A program made the position numbers and the translations under genes. This document shows positions 55,761 through 64,000 of a stretch of 64,000 nt of DNA, in pieces. Source of the stretch: Mizuhopecten yessoensis (Eukaryota). Each line of letters begins with the position of its first letter. Position 1 is the stretch's first letter. The notes under the pieces were generated by a model. That model did no database searches, was not told the origin of the DNA, and worked only from the letters and a program-made list of their open reading frames with translations. The stretch is from contig NW_018408902.1 of the NCBI RefSeq assembly GCF_002113885.1, positions 2,515,490 to 2,579,489 on the forward strand, given 5' to 3'.

Positions 55761-58700
55761 GACTATTACTTTTAATTGATTTTGAAAAAGCGTTCGACTC
55801 TGTGTCGTGGAATTTTTTCAATAAAACTTTGAAGTATTTTAATTTTGGCCCGAACATTATGAAATGGATACAACTTTTTAGGATAATACACACACAGCAG
55901 TAAATATAGGGGGGAATCTATCAACAATTTTCAATATGGAACGGGGCTGTCGTCAGGGGGATCCGATATCTTCATATATTTTCATTTTATGTGCTGAAAT
56001 TCTATCAATAATTCTAAAAAATATCAAAGGAATACTTATCAGGGAAAAGGAATCCTCTTATCACAATTTGCTGATGACACGTCTGTTATTCTAAATAGTT
56101 CAAAAAAATCTTTAGATGAAACATTAAAAGCTCTTAACTATTTTGCTAGTATTTCTGGACTAAAAATGAACTTCTCCAAGACCCAAGTATATGGATTGGC
56201 AGCAAAAATTACGGTGAAAATACTTTTACTACAAATTTTGACTTAAAAGAGGGAACATTAAAAGCTCTTAACTATTTTGCTAGTATTTCTGGACTAAAAA
56301 TGAACTTCTCCAAGACCCAAGTAGTAGTGATTGGCAGCAAAAAATACGCTGAAAATACTTTTACTACAACTTTTGACTTAAAATAGGGAAGTACATGCTT
56401 CACCCTATTAGGCATAGAATATGATGTAGACCTACACATAATTATCAAACTGAATTTTGACAAAAAGCTTGCAAAACTGAAGTCTTTAATATCTGTCTGG
56501 AACAAAAGAATACTTACACCAATAGGTAATATAGTTGTAATCAAAACTCTACTAATATTACAGTTTAATCATTTGTTTATATCGCTTCCATATCATGTGA
56601 CTTATATATTAAACAAATTAACAATACATTGTACAATTTTCTATGGAATAGTAAACCAGGTCAGGTTACAAGATATATAATTATAAAAACAAGAGGCCCA
56701 ATGGGCCTGCATCGCTCACCTGGTATAAATCTCACACTTGTAACCTTGAAAGTGTTCTAAAATAAAGCTACAGGCAAAATAAAATATCAGTATTTATGAT
56801 TAAAATTCATTCTAAAGAACCTTTTTTTTTTTAAAAAACATTTCACCCCTATGATTGAAAGTCGAACAAAGTCATTATGTTGAACAAATTTTATAGCCTT
56901 TCATCTCAGGAGGCAACTTGCAAAGTATCAACATCCTGGGACCCATGGTTATTCAGAACAGGTCGTTTAAAGATTTTAAACAAATTTGACCCCTGTGACC
57001 TTGAATATAAGTCAAAGTCATTCACTTTAACAAACCTAGTAGTCCTTTATCCCAGCATGCTACTGACTAAATATCAACATCCTGGGCCTTTTGGTTATTC
57101 AGAACAAGATGTTTGAAGTATTTAGCATATTTGCTCCTTGTGACCTTGAATATGATTCAAGGTCATACATTTAAACAAACTTGGTAGCCCTTGATCCTAG
57201 TATGCTACTGACTAAATATCATTACCCTGGGCATTTTTGGTTATTCAGAAGAAGTTGTTTGAAGTTTTTAACATATTTGACCCCTGTGACCTTGAATATG
57301 GGTGAAGATCATTCATTTGAACAAACTTGATAGCCCTTTACCCCTGCATGCTACTGACCAAATATCATTACCCTGTGCATTTAGGTTATTTAGAAGAAGT
57401 TGTTTAATGTTTTAACATATTTGACCCCTGTGACCCTGAATATAGGCGAAGGTCATTCATTTGAATAAACTTGATAGCCCTTAACCCCAGCATGCTACTG
57501 GCAACCTATCATCACCCGGGGCATTTTGGTTATCGAGAAGAAGTTGTTAAAAGTTTTAAACATATTTGACCCCTGTGACCTTGAATATGGGTGAAGGTCA
57601 TTTATTTGAATAAACTTTGTAGCCCTTCATCTCAGCATGCTAATGGCCAAATATCATCACCCTGGGCATTTTGGTTATTGAGAAGAAGTTGTTTAAAGTT
57701 TTTAAGATATTTGACCCCTGTGACTTTTAATATGGGCGAAGGTAATTCATTTAAAAAAACTTTGTAGCCCTTCATCTCAGCATGCTACTGGCCAAATATC
57801 ATCACCCTGGGCATTTTGGTTATTCAGAAGAAGTTGTTTAAAGGTTTTTTAAGACAATTGACCCCTTTGACCTTGAATATAATTGAAGGTCATTCTTTTG
57901 AACAAACTTGGCAGCCCTTCATCCAAGCATGCTACTGTCCAAATAACACAAATAAGTTTTTAACATATTTGACCCCTGTGACCTTGAAGCTCTTCATCCC
58001 AGTTTGCTTCTGGCCACATAGNGTGGAATCGTTATTTGATAAACAGAAATGAGCAAATATTGGAATTGAGAAATTGAAAGAAATATCAAAAAATTGTAAA
58101 AATGTATTTCGGAAAGATGTTTTAGATGCCTGGAATAAAACTATCAATGCAAGCAAAATATACAAAACAAATATTAGTGAAAATCCAATATGGTTTAACA
58201 GTGAAATAAAAGTAGATCGAAAAGTTATCTTCAATAATAAATGGTACAAAAAGGTGTTCATTTTATCCACAACATTATAAAAAAGATGATCTTTATACAG
58301 CTTAGAAGAATTTTGTGAAAAAATTAACATTCGTGCTAATTGTTTAAGTTATCAGAGTCTGAAAAATGTTATAGGTCAGTTTATAAGGAAGAACCTCCAA
58401 GCTTTCGATTCAGAAAATAATATTATGCTACCAAGTATACCCATAAATCTCAAGTTAATCCTAAGATGTAAGAAAGGAGCTCGTGAAATATATACCATAT
58501 TAATCAAAAATGAAGTTAAACCTGCCGCTCAAAATAAATGGAATCAAAACTTCAATATTGATGAAGATACGTGGAAAAATATATACAAATAACCTTTCAA
58601 TACCTGTACCAGTTCCAAACTACAATAGTTACTATTCAGAATAAATCATAGAATCCTAACCACAAACACATTTTTATTTCAAATAGGTAAATTAGATAAT

Positions 58701-59444
58701 AATATGTGCATTTTTTGTAAAAACTCATCCAGAAACAATAACACATATATTATGGGATTGTGAAAAAGGTATATAATTTGATAGAAAATATAAGAATTAC
58801 TATTATTGCAACAAGTTTTGGTCTTCGATTTAATAAAAAAAGAATTTATCTTTGGCAAGCAAATTAATAAATATACAAAGTTCAACTTGAATAACTTGAT
58901 ATTGCTCACGGTAAAACAATACACATATAAATCAAAATGCCTTGAAATAGAACTCAATCTGAATGGTCTAAAAAATCATATCAAATTCGAATTAAAAGCT
59001 TACTAAATTCTAAAATCCAAAAGTAACATTAAAAATAAAATACAGATTAACACACAGATACATCACTGGTTGCACATTTAAAATTTGAAATAAATTAAAT
59101 TTAACATCTTTCTGACCTAGGTTTCCCCTGTCCTTGCTTTGTCCCACATGTCTTGTCCTTTGTCTTTTGTGTGCATTTGATTTTTGTCTGTATACCTTAT
59201 GTCACGAATACCATTTATTTATATATTAATTTGTGTGGGTATATAACTGTAAGTGTAGGTGTGTCCAAATGTGAATTATTTTTTGTCTATGTATATAGGT
59301 ACATGCTTAACTATTTATTCATAGTGAATTAGTTAGCAACAACTATTAAGCTTTAAGAGCTTAACCAACAATCATATACCATATGTGTTGTGTCATGTCA
59401 TGTAAAAAAATAAATGAAAATGAATAAAAAATAAATTTAAAAAA
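55761..59444 (+). mobile_element. 5'-truncated, decayed L1/Tx1-clade LINE (RT, zf-RVT, 3'UTR, A-rich tail)
   Basis: RT motifs LIDFEKAFDSVSW, GCRQGDPISSYIFILCAE, QFADDT, SGLKMNFSKT; C-terminal PIWFN, RINHRILTTN, CIFC. Many stops and frameshifts. 8-bp TSD AGTATGTG at 55753-55760 and 59445-59452. Confidence 0.92.
56688..58020 (+). mobile_element. Satellite-bearing Helitron/Helentron-type element with about 146-bp tandem array, inserted in the LINE
   Basis: Starts AACAAGAGGCCCAATGGGCC..CGCTCACCTG. TTTGACCCCTGTGACC recurs about every 146 bp from 56985 to 57970 (7-8 units). The unit resembles bivalve Cg170/BIV160-type satellites (from memory). Confidence 0.75.
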
Positions 59445-60173
59445 AGTATGTGAATATATATTTATTGATATCACTATATGAATATATCTATAAGTGGATA
59501 TGAATATATATGTACTACTGTAAAAGTGGAAATTTGGCTGTGTCAAAATGCTTGCAATTTCGCTGTTGAGTACATCAGCGCGAATATATCCAAACGTCTG
59601 AGGAAGCCCAAGAAGACAGAAAGGCTGAGCGGTCAGTCTATTTAGATTCGAAACCATTACCAACACACAAATTTACACCGCGATCAGTTAAAAGTGTCAA
59701 ACACAACGCGAAAATTTTCATATGCGAGAATTTCCACTTTTGCCATGGTATAAATATCACTGTGTGAATTTTCTACATCTGTATGTGAATATAGTCTCAA
59801 TTCTGTGTCCTATTAACTCTCTAACTTTGGCGCAAGTGCTACCGTCGGTCGACGGTTCTAGTTTCATCAGAAATGTTTTCATAGCGTATAAGTCAACCAA
59901 GAAATGATATTATGGATTAATGGATTTACTTTTCTAGATCTTATTTCGGAGGAAATGAAACACATCCATTTGAAAACAATCAGTATGGGCATAAGAGCAT
60001 GCAAAGGAAATATTGCTGATATAAAGAACAATTATTCAATCTTTGCAAAAATGTAAATATATAAATAATATATATATTTCTTCCGTTTGAAAATCAGCAT
60101 CCCTTTGCATATTTTTATTGATACCTATTTAAAGGATTTTTTTTTTTATCTTTTCAGACTTAATCATTCATAG

Positions 60174-61166
60174 ATGGGTAGCAAACTTGGCACCGTGTTC
60201 GAGAATGAAACTTTCAACTCCAAAAATGGTCCATGTGCTGTATTTGATATATTGCCATTTAGTTCCGGTCAGAGACTAGTAGCTTTCAGAGGTATTATAA
60301 CACAGGCACTAGCAGAAGGTCACGTGATTAAAGTTTTCAGAGAGAAAACCGCAAATGACTGGCACTCATCGTATCGACGCTGTTTACACTACATTGAAAG
60401 TAAAGAAATCGTCCAAATGTACTTGCGGAAAAACAGAAGAAAAATGATAACTTTTCTAGATCTTTTTTCGGCGGAAATGGACCAGATATCACTGTTTTCC
60501 CGACGCATCCGTTCTAGCGACAAACGTCATAAACGCCGTCTGCGCGATGATGATGTGGTAGTATTCGAAAAATATCTCGGGAAAAACTTCGAAACTTTCA
60601 TCGAACGCGACGGAACGGTGAACACAAACTGTCGTGGTAAACTGCAGGAGTTCGTCCATTTCGTTTACAACGAGTCGAAAGGGCAAGAAATTGTGACGGG
60701 ACTGAAGGGAGTGGCATTAAATCAAGGTAAAAAGTTCAAACTTACATCACCGTCCATGAATTCTGTGGGGATGAAATATGGACCAGACGATATCGGGGAG
60801 AGGGCGATATTGAACTTCTTTGCAACTCATGAATGTACGAACCTTTGTTCCCAGTGGCCAAAACCAGTGATTCAAAACCCATTCCTTGTATCAGTTGATC
60901 CGGACATCCCTTCGAGACTTAGCGATTTTATGGAATCGTTGTCGTCACAAATAGACGCGCAGCAGTTTTACCTGAGTACTCCGCCATATTCCAGTGGCGT
61001 CAGCACAGCCGTGGTGCATGGTGGGACATGTACAGATAAAAGGACTCAAATAAACGACACACCGCCCCCGTATCAGTCACAATGGAGACTTGATTTCGAG
61101 GACTGTACAACAGATTATATACCGCCAGAACCATCAGCGCCCCCTCTTTATGATTTAACTACCTGA
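60174..61166 (+). CDS. Alpha-kinase-domain protein 5 (predicted pseudokinase, 330 aa), PPPY + PSAPPLY tail; closest paralog of gene 4
   Basis: Acceptor TTTTCAG ends at 60157. Motifs HVIK, VFEKYLGKNF, LQEFVHFVY, IVTGLKGV, LTSPSMNS, YGPDDIG, FFATHECTNLC. Confidence 0.93.
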   Translation: MGSKLGTVFENETFNSKNGPCAVFDILPFSSGQRLVAFRGIITQALAEGHVIKVFREKTANDWHSSYRRCLHYIESKEIVQMYLRKNRRKMITFLDLFSAEMDQISLFSRRIRSSDKRHKRRLRDDDVVVFEKYLGKNFETFIERDGTVNTNCRGKLQEFVHFVYNESKGQEIVTGLKGVALNQGKKFKLTSPSMNSVGMKYGPDDIGERAILNFFATHECTNLCSQWPKPVIQNPFLVSVDPDIPSRLSDFMESLSSQIDAQQFYLSTPPYSSGVSTAVVHGGTCTDKRTQINDTPPPYQSQWRLDFEDCTTDYIPPEPSAPPLYDLTT

Positions 61167-61924
61167 CATTAAAAAATGGACGTCATCCCTGATTTTTAAA
61201 ATACTTAAATTACTGGTCTACGACACAGTGATGCATCGCAAAAATAATCATGCGTTTTACCTACTAGTGCAATATAACATGATGTTGTCAGTCGAAACAA
61301 GCTAATCTTAAAAATGTAGAGGAGTATACGTAACGAATGCAGTGGTGACTCAACTATGTGTTTTGTCTCGTGTACTGGGACACGTGATTAATGAAGACAT
61401 GTGAACCCGTTGGTAATACTCTGCAATAACTGATAACAAACTGACATGGTTACGAAATATAAACTTTCGTTTTACGCATATAAACTGCACATCTCATAGC
61501 TGAATGCCTGTGTGGTTAGGTGTGTAGCTGGAAAATATACGCAGTTTTTAGATGACTGAAATGAAAGCTGTCAGACATAAATAAAGAACTGGCTCAATTT
61601 ACGTGTTAATTATTTATTCGTGACCAAGCTATACGGCAACATTCTTTATACATGCTTATCAGAGAACCAGTTCCAGGTGCAACGCCCTGCTGAGACCCCT
61701 TGACTTATGTTAAGCACTGTTTGACTCTATCACACTAGAATTGTACGCCTAAACCGTTAATCCGATTGAAATGTGCAAAAGCAGTGTGGGGCAAAAGTCA
61801 TTCACTTTCTGACTTTAATTCAACATAATCCTTTAATCTAAATCTAACATATCCCTGCTCTAAGTAAAAACACAAAGCAAAACTCGAATTAGTATAACGA
61901 ACCATAACAAGTACAAGGTCTAAT

Positions 61925-62325
61925 GTAACGAGAAAAGTAACGTTACACGTGTTGGACTATTATAACAAAACAAGTAAGGCTACACGTGTAGGTCTTATGT
62001 AACTAGACAAGTAACATTACACGTGGGGGGCTAACATGACGATACAAGTAACGCTTCACGTTTCAGGTATAAGGTGACGAGACAAGGAACGTTACACGTG
62101 GAGGTCTAACATGACGATACAAGTAACGCCTCACGTTTCAGGTATAAGGTGACGAGACAAGAACGTTACACGTGGAGGTCTTACATGACGATACAAGTAA
62201 CGCTTTACGTTTCAGGTATAACGTGACGAGACAAGGAACGTTACACGTGGAGGTCCAACATGACTATACAAGTAACGCTTCACGTTTCAGGTACATTGTA
62301 TAAGGTGACGAGACAAGGAACTTCA
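61925..62325. repeat. About 74-bp higher-order tandem repeat (dimer of about 37-bp subunits)
   Basis: TACAAGTAACGC recurs about every 74-75 bp, alternating with GACAAGGAACGTTACACGTG. Confidence 0.88.
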
Positions 62326-62996
62326 CACGCGCAAATCTGATGTAAGGGGACGAGTTATATGTTGCACGTGCAAGTCTTATTTCTTTTAACAACTTTTAAA
62401 TTACTCAACGCCATGGAATGTCGTTTATTACGGATACCACGTATGCTTATCATGTTACTAGCATAACAATATGTATATAATTTGTTTGGTTTAGTCGGCC
62501 ACAAGTGAAAACGCTAATTTTAGAATGACACAGTTTGTCGTTGGAAATCCTCAGCCTTGATAGTCTTCTAGGTATTAAGGGGTGTGGAAAATTACTGCTG
62601 CAGTACGTGACACGATACACATGTTTCATAGTCACAGGGTTGAACAGTACGTAAACTGTAAGTGAGACTGTGTCATTTAAATTCACGCGAAATACGCTAT
62701 AAGTAAGTATGTTACATTTGTGTTCCTACATGATATTGTAAAGTTGTATATAACCTTCCCATGGTACAGTCGAAACTATTTATCCCCGGTACTGGTAGTA
62801 CACTATGTGTGTTATATTGCACGATAACCGATTTTAGAATTAAAATGCACGTATATTCGAAAACATCGCCTCACAACATGTTGCGCAAAGTTAATCTTGC
62901 TTAATGCACTGTGGTTTTTCCTATAAAGAGTAACATCCCCGCATTAACTTCCGTTTGCATATAACTGTAGTACAATTTGTTCAGAGCACTTCCGTT

Positions 62997-63069
62997 GACC
63001 AGTTAGCTCAATCGGTTAGAGTAATGGTATAACAAACTGAAGTTCAGGGTTCGAATACCTATCTAGCCC
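62997..63069 (+). pseudogene. Degenerate tRNA (Ile-like) pseudogene or isolated SINE head
   Basis: A-box TAGCTCAATCGGTTAGAG, B-box GGTTCGAATACC, then a T7 run at about 63077-63083. Acceptor and anticodon stems are mispaired. Confidence 0.6.
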
Positions 63070-63394
63070 AACGGATTTTTTTTACACTCAGGACATTGTC
63101 GTTGATTGTACATTTCGTTTATTTATCTTTATTTTATCTCATTAATATCACGCAAGGTAAAGTTGTCTTTTCAGAAATAATTTATCAAAGCTATAGTCAT
63201 GCCGAAAAAAACAGTTTTCAATACATAGGTACAGTTTTTTGGCAGTGGTACGGGGTTCCTTCAATGCAATATGAACTGATTGGTGAATTACTCTACCGGA
63301 TAGAGAAGGGACAGAGATAAGGGAACGGGAAGGGGAGAGGTTTTAGGGGTAAACAATAGTGAGACGTGCGCATAGAAGGTAAGGGGATGAGGCA

Positions 63395-63681
63395 TATGGC
63401 AAGCCAAGATGTCCTATATTCATGGAGCAATGTTGATCCAGTACTTAACCAAATTATATAAGATATCTTATATACTTTATGAGATATCTTATATACTTTA
63501 TGAGATATCTTATATACTTTATAAGATATCTTATATACTTTATGAGATATCTTATATACTTTATGAGATATCTTATATACTTTATAAGATATCTTATATA
63601 ATAAATCAGATATTTTATATAATTTGGTTAAGTACTGGATCAACATTGCTCCATGAATAAATGACAACTTGGCTTGCCATA
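63395..63681. mobile_element. Young 'TA|YGGCAAGCCA' MITE with about 70-bp TIRs and an internal 21-bp tandem repeat
   Basis: 45 bp starting at 63417 are the perfect reverse complement of the segment ending at 63659. TIRs extend to TATGGCAAGCCAAG / CTTGGCTTGCCATA. Interior is (TTATATACTTTATRAGATATC)n. Confidence 0.9.
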
Positions 63682-64000
63682 GAGGTAGGGAGTGTTGAAA
63701 GGATGGCGAGTAGGCTGGCATTAGGAGAAATGAACGATAAGTTGTGTAATTTTAACGGGCTTTCTTGGAATGACACCCATCCTCAGACCATGACCATCAC
63801 AGAACCACCTTTACGTCTGACCATCGTACAATGCTTAAGAAGATGGCCGTCAAAACAAACCAGCAAGTTAACGGAGCCTACCACCTGCGGAAAAACACAA
63901 TACCGACAGTTTTTTTTATTATTATTAAAGCAGATAAAATCCAAAAATGCAATTCTTGATAAAAAAATGTCTGTCATGAAATAAGAGTATTGACATACAG

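Noticed and set aside
8982-61166. Calling the cluster ALPK1, eEF2K or vwkA orthologs, or endogenous viral genes
   Set aside because: No ADP-heptose-binding, CaM/SEL1 or vWA domains are present. There are no viral hallmark genes or LTRs; the late-domain motifs also occur in cellular proteins.
62997-63069. Functional tRNA gene
   Set aside because: Acceptor and anticodon stems do not pair properly.
63293-63721. Repetitive ORFs (KISHKVY/EISYILY)
   Set aside because: Translation of the 21-bp repeats inside a MITE.

Overview
AT-rich animal genomic DNA with spliceosomal introns. The SINE, Helentron-like and satellite repertoire suggests a bivalve mollusc (inference). The main feature is a same-strand (+) cluster of five paralogous genes at about 9.0, 21.2, 28.3, 45.9 and 60.2 kb. 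Each has one coding exon encoding a stand-alone alpha-kinase domain (eEF2K/MHCK/TRPM7 type). All five keep the fold motifs and the H/H/C/C zinc site, but all have Gly in place of the catalytic Asp of DLQG and have lost the metal-binding Asp of LTDP, so they look like a conserved family of alpha-pseudokinases. Four carry C-terminal PPxY motifs, and two end in overlapping PSAP+PPxY 'late domains' (PSAPPPY, PSAPPLY). This suggests NEDD4/ESCRT adaptors built on a dead alpha-kinase scaffold. An intact SLC52A riboflavin transporter gene (- strand) and a multiply disabled TMEM86/YhhN pseudogene lie inside the cluster. The rest is introns and intergenic DNA: a 5'-truncated L1/Tx1-type LINE with TSD interrupted by a satellite-bearing element, nested palindromic MITEs, tRNA-derived SINEs and minisatellites. 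Most short ORFs in the track are spurious.
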